A stretch of 64,000 nt of DNA from a virus (IMGVR_UViG_3300029468_000001), one strand, 5' to 3'. Counted from the first letter of the stretch, positions 19,369-30,739 are shown. A program made the numbers and translations. Notes: a model not told the origin generated them from the sequence alone.

Positions 19369-19722
19369 TTAACGTCTTTCAATTGTATATTTACGAATCA
19401 CTTTTGTTTCCTTGCCTGGTGAAATGCTAGTTGATACAGTGGGAATATATCCTGCAATTGTATATCCCATTTCTACACGTTCATAACCGCCTAAATTTTT
19501 AAAAAATGGCACAGCATCGAATACGTTGCAATAAAACTCTACACTTGTTTCTTTCTCTGTCTTTTCAGTTTCTTTCCAACGTGAACCAACTTTATTGTAT
19601 TTTGTTTTTGTTTCTGTGATTTTATATCTATTTTCAGTTCCATAAAGCTCTGAAATTTCTGGATATTTCTTTAAGAGTGCCTTATATGTATTTTTAAATT
19701 CTGTGTATGTCATAATTTCCAC
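19369..19722 (-). CDS. hypothetical protein
   Basis: ORF in the early minus-strand run. Confidence 0.6.
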   Translation of the reverse strand: MEIMTYTEFKNTYKALLKKYPEISELYGTENRYKITETKTKYNKVGSRWKETEKTEKETSVEFYCNVFDAVPFFKNLGGYERVEMGYTIAGYIPTVSTSISPGKETKVIRKYTIERR

Positions 19723-19737
19723 CTGTTTGACCTTTCT

Positions 19738-20133
19738 TTATGCTTCGTGTGCTTTGTCAAATTCTTCTGTAAAATCATCCAATGCTTTCTCTATTGCCTG
19801 TCCTAAAAGATAGCATCTGATTGAAACGTCAATAGCTTCGTAGTTATCTTCTATCCACCAATTAACCACCTTTTCTTTACAATCAAATTCTTTCATCATT
19901 TCATCAACAAGATCTTTATTTTCGTCAACATATTCTTTAGCGATTGCACGATTAAATGTATAACTTCCACTTCCGTTTCCTGTTACGCTATCCTCTGCCC
20001 ATAAATCATCATTTAAAGATTCTCTTAATTCGTCCATATCCTCATATTCAGAAAAGTCAATCTCATTCTTAATATACTCTTTTACGTCCTCTACCATATT
20101 TTCTAAATAGTTATACATAATATTTTCTCTCAT
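19738..20133 (-). CDS. hypothetical acidic phage protein
   Basis: DSVTGNGSGSYTFN motif. Confidence 0.65.
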   Translation of the reverse strand: MRENIMYNYLENMVEDVKEYIKNEIDFSEYEDMDELRESLNDDLWAEDSVTGNGSGSYTFNRAIAKEYVDENKDLVDEMMKEFDCKEKVVNWWIEDNYEAIDVSIRCYLLGQAIEKALDDFTEEFDKAHEA

Positions 20134-20172
20134 TCTTTCTATGTATTAGTGTTGTTTGTAAAGTTCTTATCT

Positions 20173-20445
20173 TTATGACATATATGTAAAATCACCTTGC
20201 ACACCTGTTACAATTACCATTCTTCCATCATTACGGCGATAAACCACACCACAACCACGGTTATTTGACCATACACACCAACCCTTATTAGTAACAGGAC
20301 GTTGATTTTTATAGTCATAAAATGCAAAGTGTGGATTGATTCCACCTCTTTCCTGTTCTAAAGCGTTATTAATAATTTCTGATTCTGTAGCGGTGAGAAG
20401 TTTTCCATCCTTTTCACCGATTAAATATAACTTTTCATTTCCCAT
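20173..20445 (-). CDS. hypothetical protein
   Basis: AAAGGTG RBS. Confidence 0.6.
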   Translation of the reverse strand: MGNEKLYLIGEKDGKLLTATESEIINNALEQERGGINPHFAFYDYKNQRPVTNKGWCVWSNNRGCGVVYRRNDGRMVIVTGVQGDFTYMS

Positions 20446-20640
20446 GTTTTCACCTTTCCATCAAAGCGTTGATTGTTTCAACGTTCTTTAAAACCTGTTT
20501 ACGTGTTTCCTCATACTGTTTTGACATTGCTTTAATTTCTGTAATGTCTTTTTTGAGTACTGTCGTATACGGATTTTTACGACTTCTTCTAAATAACTTT
20601 TTGAGCATTGTTGTATCTTCCTTCCTTGTGTTACCTCCTG

Positions 20641-21363
20641 TTATCTTGTGTAATATTTCTGAACGTTGATAGTATCTTCAATGTCGCACATCTTACAACA
20701 TTTAACTGTTTCAAGTTCTTCTTCAATGTTTACTGGAAATGCAAGGCTTTTAAAAGTTTCTTTACATTCCTGTAAAATCTGTGACTGGATTGCTTCGGGT
20801 AACTCACATACATAGGTGTGAGCGGTAATGTTTACCCGTTCAAATACTCCCGACTTAATCATATCTGTAAACCAAATATCAAATGATGGATATTCTGTTT
20901 TATTTGCCATGTCTCTGTATACTTCATGCATCTGTTTTTCAGTGAAGCATCTGCCTTTTAAAGGCTCTTCATAGGTTACATATGTATTTTCCATTGTTTC
21001 AATCTCCTGTTCTTCCTGTTCATTGTTATTTGAAAATCTAAAGAAATCACCTTCACCAAAATGTAAATCATACTCCCATAATTTATGCAACTTGCTTTCG
21101 TTTGGCTTACGATGGAAAACAAGTTCCCCGTCGTTATCGTCTGCCCATACGCTAAAGGAGCAACGTGTACCCTGTAATGTAATGTACCAACCTTCTTTAT
21201 AACAGGTTAATGTTCCATGCTCTAATATCCATGAGGAAGTTAATTCAAAGTTACGCTCTAAAGCGTTAATCAAAACACGCTTTTTACTTTCTGGCATTTC
21301 CTCTAATATCCATGTAACAGTGTTTTTTAAATCTCTTTCAAATTTTGTTAAATCCTTAATCAT
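20641..21363 (-). CDS. hypothetical protein, first gene of the leftward run
   Basis: AGGAGG RBS. Confidence 0.7.
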   Translation of the reverse strand: MIKDLTKFERDLKNTVTWILEEMPESKKRVLINALERNFELTSSWILEHGTLTCYKEGWYITLQGTRCSFSVWADDNDGELVFHRKPNESKLHKLWEYDLHFGEGDFFRFSNNNEQEEQEIETMENTYVTYEEPLKGRCFTEKQMHEVYRDMANKTEYPSFDIWFTDMIKSGVFERVNITAHTYVCELPEAIQSQILQECKETFKSLAFPVNIEEELETVKCCKMCDIEDTINVQKYYTR

Positions 21364-21923
21364 TTTTAAATCCTCCTGTATATTATTGTTTCTCTTTTTG
21401 TTTTCACCTTTGCGAAAAACTGGAATGTTAGAAACAAACTTGACAACTACTACTTGCTAATCAGGTACAAGCCTTTCACGTTTGCCCGTTGTTTTTTATG
21501 TCTGCTTTGCTCACTCTTTTATTTTTCGCAAAAATCAAAACAAAAATCTTTTATTGATATAAAATCAACTCTGGAATTTTTGTTATATCGCTTGAACATT
21601 TTTTATCCTAACCAATTAAGGCTAGCGGAAATTATTAATATCAATCATATTTATCATCACTCCTTTTTATGGAATCAAGGTTTATAAGTAACAATTGCTT
21701 TTTCAAGATTTTAAAAACCTTTTGAAATATCCGATTAAAAGCTAACCAGATGTCGTTAGACTTGAGGTATCTACTTTTTTCAAGTCGGCGTGCCATTTCT
21801 GGTTTGTCAAACGGCTGTATCGCTACAGATCTCACGACTATTTCGCTTTACCTCATAAGCGGTAACGACTCCGCTTGTCACAATATGAAGTTTTTATGTA
21901 TCATCTTTTCTGTTGATAAGATT

Positions 21924-21952
21924 ACTATACATGTCTGACAATTATATTTCAA
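21924..21952 (-). promoter_or_regulatory. leftward SigA promoter
   Basis: TTGAAA-17-TATAGT. Confidence 0.55.
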
Positions 21953-21961
21953 GTACTTTTT

Positions 21962-22408
21962 TATACGTCATACCTATATTTTTATAGTCGTTTTGCACAA
22001 TTCAAAAGTTATTTTATAGTGCATATTGTACAGTTTTTACAAAACAGATGATTTACCTGCACAAAATTGCTAATTTAGATATATACGTATGACGTATATT
22101 TATGTATTATCACAAGAAAAAAGGTATTGTGCAAACATAACAAAGTTTTTATATTAAATTACGCAAAATAAACAAATCAATATTTTGTATTGTGCTATTT
22201 AGTGCATATACAATTAAAAATCACTTAAATTATTGTGCATAATTATTTTCATTAGCACTCCAGGATGAACAGTGCTAAAATAAAAATTTAATGTATTGTC
22301 ATATTGTTATAATTGTATATATACTTTTGTGTTAAGTTATATCTTAAAACTTATTATTTTCAGACAATATAATAATAATCAAACTATTATTTATACGTAT
22401 GACGTATT
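21962..22408. promoter_or_regulatory. three copies of pseudo-palindrome TATACGTATGACGTATA
   Basis: 21962-21978 (inverted, one mismatch), 22082-22098, 22392-22408. Confidence 0.65.
22252..22278. promoter_or_regulatory. CIRCE-like element (HrcA operator)
   Basis: TTAGCACTC-N9-CAGTGCTAA, one mismatch to TTAGCACTC-N9-GAGTGCTAA. Confidence 0.7.
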
Positions 22409-22556
22409 TATTTTACAATTTAGCTTGAATTGTGTTAGATTGAGACACAATTATACAATTTGCACAAATGAATCATGCGCTATTATACAAAATGATTGCA
22501 TTATTATAATAAGCATGATAAAATTGCAATATATGACTAAAAAAGGAGTGTGTATC

Positions 22557-22745
22557 ATGGCTGTAAAGTATAAAGATGCTCATAACAGAGCCACAAGAAA
22601 ATATGATGAGGCACATTATAAACGGATCAGCGCAAAGATACCTCTTGATATATATGAGAAGCTTGTAAAATGTGATAGATATGACAATAATAACCAGATC
22701 ATCAATCTACTTATATTAGAAGAGATTGAAAAGGATATGAAATAA
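22557..22745 (+). CDS. small Arc/RHH-like regulator
   Basis: AAAGGAG RBS; RATRKYDEAHYKRISAKIP...NQIINLLILEEI. Confidence 0.65.
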   Translation: MAVKYKDAHNRATRKYDEAHYKRISAKIPLDIYEKLVKCDRYDNNNQIINLLILEEIEKDMK

Positions 22746-25700
22746 TAAGCCTGCTGTAGCTGTCTGGACGTTGTTAGCAAGCTGTGGTTATAGCATAGTT
22801 GTGGGAAAATAACAGACACGAAATCACCACATATAATAGGAAAGAACACAAACAACCTATTGTGATCTGCATAACCTGTTATCATGCTCAAAATATACAG
22901 ATAGAATTATAACCTTGTATTTTACGTTTTAAGACATTTTAACGCTTGTATGGTAATTGTATCGGGTTATGTGCTTGAAATGGATTATACGGCATTTTAG
23001 AGCGTTGTTTTTAAAAATGGGATTGTATTATCTGGTATATCTGGACAGGTTTAAAACGTGCAGCATGATGATATTTTTGTATCATTTTAATATGTTTTTG
23101 TACATTTTTAAGCGTGATTTTGTGTCAAAATGCGCACTATTTTATGCAATAATATTGTATATTTATACGTTGTTTGTGGTGTATTTTTATACAAAAAAGT
23201 GTATAGAATAGCGTTGTTTTTGTGTCTGGAAATAGGGAAAATATTGCGGTAAAGTGTGCGGAAAATTGTCTGATTTTTTGTATGAATGTGGTGTAAATTT
23301 GTCTGTTTGGCGTGTTGTTTTTATCTTGTTTTGAATGTAATTTTATCTGTTTTTATGTGGTGTTTTTATCTGGTTTTTAGTCCTGTTTTGGTGTGATAGG
23401 GTGATTATATTTTAATGCCTGGATGGAGATAAAATGCGCTAGAATGTAGTGTTTGTGATGGTCTGATATGATGCAGTTTTATGTAATCTGATATGTTTAA
23501 TGCAAGTATATTGTGTGTTGTATTGTGTGGGATTATGTTATATTGTATCGTGTATGTATTGTAGTATATTGTGATGTATCAGAGGTATATCAGAGGTATT
23601 ATAATAGTAATATTATGTGGTATAATGTATGATATATAATGGATATAGATGTATGTATATTGTAGGTTATATGTGTAGTGTAGTGTGAGATATAATGTAT
23701 ATTATTGTAGCGTTATTGTATGATTATTGTGTAGATATTTGATGTTATCGTGTGGATGTGGTATGTTATATTGATATGATTTTGTAGTGTGCTTAGATGT
23801 GAGATAGAGTGTGTACAGGTGGGATGTGATCTGGTGTGATGTGGGAGTCTGTATCTTGTTGTATATCCAGATTGTTTGTGTTATGCGAGTGTGATACAAT
23901 GTTATGTTTGTGCATTCAGTTTTTACCGTATTATGTGCTTGTAATACGTATGTAGTTTTTAAAACTACGTGTAGTTGTATTGATATCTATTTGATATAGT
24001 TATCGTATTTATAAGGTGTGGTTATAAGCATTATTAGTTGTGGTAATGATTACCTTAATACATAGTCGCATGTATGGGCGAACAGAATTGACCAATATTC
24101 ATTTATTCACATTTTTTCGCTCATTTTCTCTTGTTTTCTCTTATTTTCTCACTTTTCCTTTTTTCGAGTATACTATAATAATATTTACAATTGTCTATAC
24201 AATTGAAATCTCCCGTCCATGATCTTATCCAGGATGGCAGATGAATTTTTAGTTTCATCACACTAACTTTTATCTATCTGGCATACCGCCCCTTGTTTTT
24301 GCCCCCTGTTAAAAAAGTCAAAAAATAACAAAACTTGACTTTTTTACACTTCCACAAAAAGTGCAAAAGTTAGTTTTAATCAACAATAGCAAGGCTTTTC
24401 GGGAATCTATATTAGAGTACATTAATCCAGATTTATGATCCTGTTTTATGATTGTATACCAGTATGACAGGGGATAGTTTACATTTATAGAAATAACACA
24501 ATACTGTCATATTCGCTGATGTGTTCAACTCACACTACCCGTCCAAAAATCAAAATCACAAAATTATCTCACCACTTCCATCTCACCAGCAAAAAAATTC
24601 CACCCTCATCCCACCTTACAAATTGTTTAAAATCTACACACAATTCACCAAAATAATCAAAATGAGTTCGACATCGAGTTCGACCGCACCCTTACATATC
24701 AACGCAAAATAAATTTTCTGACAATTCTAAATCACCAATTTTTACCCAAAATTACCTACTCCAAATCACAATATCCCTTGCAAAATCTAACAATTTACGA
24801 AGTCCTCTCGAAGTGATACCTAATTATATATCTCAAGATTATAAACTTAATTTAATTTTATCATCCTGCAATATCTCAAATTCCCTTGTGAAATCTAACT
24901 AAAACGCAGCAATCACTTCCTATTAAAAGCGCACATCACTCTCCTATCTCAATCAAAATTACCATCCAAAATACCTATCTCGAAGTCCATAATCTCACAT
25001 CATCAAAAATACCCATCTAAATTGTGTCAAACTTTCACACAATTCTAATTGCTAAAATTCACTTAAAAATACATCGCAAAAAAATCTTGAAATGCCAAAT
25101 TGACACCTCAAGATACAATCATTTTAATTTTATATTAATCTCATATCATCTACAACTCTAAAATCAATTTTATTCTCACTATTCTAATGTATAACTTAGA
25201 ATAAACATCACAACTACTTTCACTTGAGCAACTTAATACCTGTACATTACAATTTTCAAATTAAATCTACATCATATAATTTACAACAAATATTCCAAGC
25301 AGAATTCCAAACAGAGAATCTTATATAGAGATAGAGGGGTATTTTTACATCTACAAAAAACCACTACTCTCATATCCTACCCATCTCAAAATTTTCACTA
25401 GCAAAAAATAAATCTTATTTATTTCAAATAGAGAATCTATAACCAGAAACATACAAACCAAATATTTCAATCTCTAAAGAGAGAAATAAATATTATTAAA
25501 TAATAAAAAAGGAGATTTTGCAAATGATTACGCAAGAAACTAAAACTTTTATTCAATGTGAAACAGAATATTACTTTTATGAAAACGGATTATATATTGA
25601 TCCAATGTTACTGGTATATCCATTAGTAACAGAAAACTATTCTTATCATCACTATAAGCAAGAATTAGACAACCATATTAAACATCTTATACGATATTTA

Positions 25701-25752
25701 ATTTTAATTGATATTTTAAGCCAAGTAAAATACTACTAAGGAGATTACACAA

Positions 25753-26361
25753 ATGACATATCCAGAAATTAACACATTAACATTAACATCACCATTATCC
25801 TGTTTACCAATTAATAAACCAATCATCTCATATTCCACTTATATAAGAAATAAACTCAAAGATTTAGATTGCGATTATTGGAGAGTACATACATCTGATG
25901 GATATATTGAATTTGATTCACGACATTTCTATGGAATATCCAATCATCATCACAAAAGCAATAATGTTCTTTCATCGGCAATATTATCAAAAATCACAGA
26001 TATAACAAACAAATATCTTGCCGATAAGAGAATATACATACCAGGAATAACACCAAAATTATATTATCATCTCTCAAGAGGTTATGGTAAATCAATCAGA
26101 GAATTGTGTTATTTCATGAAACTAATATCAGATTCAAACAAAAGTCAATTTTCATATAACCCATATTCATCAGAATACACAGTGCAAAATTACAAATCTG
26201 ATATGGAGAATTTATATAAGAAAATATTTTCACAGAAGATACTTAACTTATATACAACACAAAATAACTCTGTAAAACAGAGAAATAACAATCAAGAAGA
26301 AATGAGCTGCTTAAAACTCATTGCCGATAAAAACAATGCAAATAAGAAATTTCATAAATAA
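25753..26361 (+). CDS. hypothetical protein
   Basis: AAGGAG RBS. Confidence 0.5.
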   Translation: MTYPEINTLTLTSPLSCLPINKPIISYSTYIRNKLKDLDCDYWRVHTSDGYIEFDSRHFYGISNHHHKSNNVLSSAILSKITDITNKYLADKRIYIPGITPKLYYHLSRGYGKSIRELCYFMKLISDSNKSQFSYNPYSSEYTVQNYKSDMENLYKKIFSQKILNLYTTQNNSVKQRNNNQEEMSCLKLIADKNNANKKFHK

Positions 26362-26487
26362 AAGAGATCAACCATTATAGAAAACTTAATATTAGCAACG
26401 ACCGAAAAATTTAACAACGCATAAAGAGAAACTTGTAGTATCAACAATTTTTGACGCAAAAATCAATTTGAAGGGAGAAATATATAA

Positions 26488-26694
26488 ATGTCCACTAAGA
26501 CCAAGAAAATTAAAAATAGCAACCCAAAATATAATAGATTACTGAAAAACTTAGCAAACCAATCAACTGATACCATTCTGGAATGGAAAATGTATTTCAA
26601 GAAATGCAAAGTAAATCCAAAATGCAATACTGAATATTTCACAATGGCTATTCAAGTGTGTGAAGATATTCTAAAAGAAAGAAGAGAGAAATAA
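26488..26694 (+). CDS. hypothetical protein
   Basis: GGGAG RBS. Confidence 0.55.
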   Translation: MSTKTKKIKNSNPKYNRLLKNLANQSTDTILEWKMYFKKCKVNPKCNTEYFTMAIQVCEDILKERREK

Positions 26695-26699
26695 TACAT

Positions 26700-26906
26700 A
26701 TGACAGATTTAGAAAAGAAATTAAACAAGATTTACAATTATGCTGATTTAATCCATTCGGAGAATCTACTAATACTATCAATTATTGGCTCTCTGTTAAG
26801 AGAGTCTGATAAACCAGAGATTGAAAAATGTATTAAGACTTATATCCAGCAAAGAGAGAATATACAAAAAGGGGTATATGAAGATGATATTGAGATTACA
26901 CAATAA
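26700..26906 (+). CDS. hypothetical protein
   Basis: Follows the preceding ORF closely. Confidence 0.55.
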   Translation: MTDLEKKLNKIYNYADLIHSENLLILSIIGSLLRESDKPEIEKCIKTYIQQRENIQKGVYEDDIEITQ

Positions 26907-26923
26907 TAATTCTAGTTAAAAAT

Positions 26924-27148
26924 TTTAGGTATAAATATATGTACCTAAATGAAGATAATTTTAGAAAAGATAAAGATAAGGTAGTTTTAAAGAAAAACAA
27001 AGACAAAATCAAACAAAATACACGAAGTGTAAATATTCTTCTCTTGTTATATATGAGTCTATATGGATATTGACTGCACAAACTGACTATATATATGTAC
27101 CCAAATGAAGAAAAAATATACTTTTAGGTACATATATATGTACCTAAA
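26924..27148. repeat. ATATGTACCTAAA repeats and palindromes
   Basis: Perfect 26-bp palindrome 27123-27148, imperfect copy 26924-26949, half copy 27091-27111. Confidence 0.75.
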
Positions 27149-27296
27149 CGGGTTTTTCTTTACAGCTTTACTATGATAAAGAATTTGAGGTGATAATATT
27201 GATTGTATGAGAATTGATTTAGAGAATGTATAAATGTAACAAATAAAGCTTACGGCAATTTTGCCAGAATGTTAAAAATATAAAAGGAGTACAAAA

Positions 27297-28256
27297 TTGA
27301 GAGAATTAAAAATTGATCCAGAATTGAGAGACTTACTTCCCCCTCTTACAAGTGAGGAATATAAGCAGCTTGAAAAAAATATTGTAGAGAATGGTTTTGA
27401 TAGGAACTTCCCTATTATGGAATGGCAAGGTTTTATTGTAGATGGTCATAACCGATATGATATTTGCAAGAAACATAATATAGAACCTATTATTGGCACA
27501 CTTGCTTATAAGACAAAAGAAGAAGTTATGGAATGGATGTTGGATATTCAGCTTGGTCGCCGTAATCTTACTCCTATCCAGAAAATCGCTATTACTGAAA
27601 AGTATAGACCTATATATGAGAAACAGGCGAAAGAGAAACAATCAGATGCGGGGAAAAATTATGGAAATGGCACAGAGAAGCTTCCCCCAAAATTGGGAGA
27701 AGCTAAAAAATCAAAAGAAAATGAAACTAATACAAAGCTTTCCAAACTTGCTGGTGTTGGAAAAGAAACTTATCGTATGGGGGCAAAGATTCTCAACTCA
27801 GACAATGAGAAACTAAAACAAGAAGTTCTTTCAGGTGAAAAGAGTATCAATGCAGGATATAAAGAATTAACTGGTAAGAAAGAGAATAAAAAAGAAGAAA
27901 TAAAGAACACTGCTTCACAAAGCAATATGGATAATAAGAAAGAAAAACGTGTAGTTGAAAACGGAGTAATTTTATTACCAGAAAATTCAGAAGAAAATAA
28001 AATGGCAAATGACATTTGTAGAAGAATGAAATCTGGTGATGCTGATTGGGATAAGATTAATAATGATATGGAACTTAACAATATCAAACAAATTGTAAAT
28101 GACAATATTGATATATCAATTAGTTATATCCGTTCAAATCTTAATTTCGATAATTTTAATAGTTCTAATTTAGAACGATTAAGAGAAATTATAAATGAAG
28201 CAAATGAAAAAATGAATATTTTAATGAAAGACATGGAGGAATTAGTAAATGAGTAA
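27297..28256 (+). CDS. ParB/Srx N-terminal domain protein
   Basis: IDPELRDLLPPL...IVDGHNRY...QLGRRNL. Confidence 0.75.
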   Translation: MRELKIDPELRDLLPPLTSEEYKQLEKNIVENGFDRNFPIMEWQGFIVDGHNRYDICKKHNIEPIIGTLAYKTKEEVMEWMLDIQLGRRNLTPIQKIAITEKYRPIYEKQAKEKQSDAGKNYGNGTEKLPPKLGEAKKSKENETNTKLSKLAGVGKETYRMGAKILNSDNEKLKQEVLSGEKSINAGYKELTGKKENKKEEIKNTASQSNMDNKKEKRVVENGVILLPENSEENKMANDICRRMKSGDADWDKINNDMELNNIKQIVNDNIDISISYIRSNLNFDNFNSSNLERLREIINEANEKMNILMKDMEELVNE

Positions 28257-29112
28257 AAGAAATATGGAGTTACCAGAATGTTTAAAAGGAATTGCAGTAA
28301 GAAGAGAATTAGTTAATGTGTTTAAGATTGAATCTCATTGTATTGGTAGTCAAAGAGAAATTGATTCTGATAGAGCTATAAATATTGGTAAAAACTGGTC
28401 AGATTTTTTCGTAACTGATCCAATTCTAAGTTATGATACAAAAACAGGTACATATCATGAGCCATCTGGACAACATACTTGTGCAGGATATTTATGGAGA
28501 ATCCAGAATGGGTTAGAGTCAAACACATCAATTATGTGCAGAGTTGCCGATGATTTAACAGAAGAACAGTTAAATGCTATTTTTGCATATGAAGCAATTA
28601 TGAGAGAACCGCAAAAATCAAATGCTGTTATGAAATCATTATGGGAAGCAAATGATCCATATTTACATAAATTAAGTACATTGGTAAATGCTTATGGGTA
28701 CACTATCCCATGTAATCAAAATGGAAATCCATCTATTAGATGTTTTTCTACTATGGCTGATATGACAACAGAAGATTTAAATTCTTGTCTTGAGTTTATT
28801 TCATATTTATTCCCATATGATAAGAAAAAGGGCAAAAAGAAATGGAATACAAAATCTGTAGAAGCTGTATTTTTAAAAGCGGTAAAATTATTTAAAGAAT
28901 GGTATCCAACTGATGTAGATATTAAAAAATTCAAAGATTTTGTTGATAGCAATGATATTTTTGCTAATGATATTGCAAAAGAAGCATCGTTATTGAGTGA
29001 GTTTGATAAGAAACCAGTTATTAGAATTGCATATATTCTAGTTAGAAAATACAATTCTTGCGTAAGAAAAAGCAACAGGTTATCATTTTTAAATTTTGAA
29101 GACTATCGTTAA
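28249..29112 (+). CDS. ParB-like (DUF6551-like) protein
   Basis: SQRE...SGQHT degenerate ParB-like motifs. Confidence 0.45.
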   Translation: MSKRNMELPECLKGIAVRRELVNVFKIESHCIGSQREIDSDRAINIGKNWSDFFVTDPILSYDTKTGTYHEPSGQHTCAGYLWRIQNGLESNTSIMCRVADDLTEEQLNAIFAYEAIMREPQKSNAVMKSLWEANDPYLHKLSTLVNAYGYTIPCNQNGNPSIRCFSTMADMTTEDLNSCLEFISYLFPYDKKKGKKKWNTKSVEAVFLKAVKLFKEWYPTDVDIKKFKDFVDSNDIFANDIAKEASLLSEFDKKPVIRIAYILVRKYNSCVRKSNRLSFLNFEDYR

Positions 29113-29131
29113 TTAGACGAGGTGAATAAAC

Positions 29132-29911
29132 TTGCCTAATTATGTAAAGATCCCAAAAGAAATAATTTATGATACATCTCTTACGGACAAACGAGTGATT
29201 ATCTTTTCATATTTATGTGCAAGACGTTCACTTGATGATTCAGTGGCATTCTCAATTACTGAGCTTTGCCACTGGTCAAAACTCAAACCAAATTATAGAG
29301 ATGGAAAAATCAATCAAAAATATTACCAAACATTACTATTACTCTCTCACTTGGATTATTTTACTAAATATCCTGACTTTGAATCTCTTATATCTGAGCA
29401 TAAAAATTCCATAGAATATTTAAAAGTAGAATTGAATATAGAGAAATTTGATATACCAGATAAATTTGCAATGATTTATTTTGATGAATTAGAAGCAATT
29501 TTGAATTATAAGGAAGAATTACAATATTCTGATATAGATTTATCTCGTATGTCATCGGCTTATATATTATTAGTATTGGCTTATATCAGACTAAATATGA
29601 ATCGTTCAGGTGATAAACCACTTTGCTGCTATCGTCAATATAAAACCATTTCTGATGATATAAGCATATCTGAGCGATATGTAGGTCGTGTAGTTGAAAT
29701 CTTAGATGCATTAAACATTATTAAATATGTTCCTATGAAAAGAAGAAAATATACAAGTAATGGAGAAGAAAAATTTATTACTACATCAAAAGTATTTGCA
29801 GATTATAGACACTTCAAAAAACATGGAGATAATCACATTATTGATCAAAATTATGACTATAAATATGAAATATCGAAACAGGTGGAACTTTTAGAGAATA
29901 TACATATATAA
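29132..29911 (+). CDS. winged-helix replication-initiator-like protein
   Basis: Two HTH-like repeats (YVKIPKEII..., KTISDDISISERYV). Confidence 0.45.
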   Translation: MPNYVKIPKEIIYDTSLTDKRVIIFSYLCARRSLDDSVAFSITELCHWSKLKPNYRDGKINQKYYQTLLLLSHLDYFTKYPDFESLISEHKNSIEYLKVELNIEKFDIPDKFAMIYFDELEAILNYKEELQYSDIDLSRMSSAYILLVLAYIRLNMNRSGDKPLCCYRQYKTISDDISISERYVGRVVEILDALNIIKYVPMKRRKYTSNGEEKFITTSKVFADYRHFKKHGDNHIIDQNYDYKYEISKQVELLENIHI

Positions 29912-30219
29912 CTATTAACCAGTATCACAAAAAGGAGTGATGCAATTATGAATTTTAAATCAAAGGAGAACATTAAATATGACAGAAACAGAAAACAGAA
30001 GAAACCATGAATACAGCTATAACAAATATTATACTATGCCAAGTAGAGAAGAATTACATATGCGATACGGTGGAGATATTACCGAAGCAGATTTTGTTAT
30101 TACTAGAGGCAAAAATCAGAGTCGTTCAATTAATGCTGATAAAATCGGATCTGCTTGGAGTTTTGATATTCGGTGCTTACAGAACATTGAGAAAAGAGAT
30201 AGAAAGGTTGAAGAAAATA

Positions 30220-30537
30220 ATGGAAACAATTAAAAATTTATCAGTAGGAATTGAGGAGCAAGAAACGCACATTAGTTATATGAGAGATGAATCTTATGCA
30301 AAAGTTTATACATCAGATTCTACTCAAATGACCAGATTGGATAAGCTTTGCAAAATAAATCCTGATATGTATAAACTTATTGAAGATACAGGTCGTGGGA
30401 AAAGTTATCTAATTTCAGATAAAGGACTTATCTCATTTAGGGCAAAGAAACGAGAAATGACAGAAGAACAAAAACGTATTGCTGCGGATCGTATGAGAAA
30501 ACTACATGATAGTGGATTAATGTCAAAAAATAAATAA
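30220..30537 (+). CDS. conserved hypothetical phage protein
   Basis: EEQETHISY...KVYTSD...KREMTEEQK. Confidence 0.65.
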   Translation: METIKNLSVGIEEQETHISYMRDESYAKVYTSDSTQMTRLDKLCKINPDMYKLIEDTGRGKSYLISDKGLISFRAKKREMTEEQKRIAADRMRKLHDSGLMSKNK

Positions 30538-30739
30538 TTTACTACTCTTCTACTTATCTGGTTATATCAACCAAAAAATTCCTAAATAAAACTATTTTAG
30601 AATATCGTTTCTACTCAGAAAACATTATATGTAGATTAACGTAGAAAATTTCACAATAAAATTGGATAAGTTGTTAGGGTAAATAATTTAATTTTTAAAA
30701 CATTATATACAGATTAGAATAGAAAGCAAGTTTAATATT

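Noticed and set aside
22957..24712. ORFs 22957-23211, 23702-23899, 24040-24222, 24521-24712
   Set aside because: No RBS; biased composition reflects the nucleotide skew.
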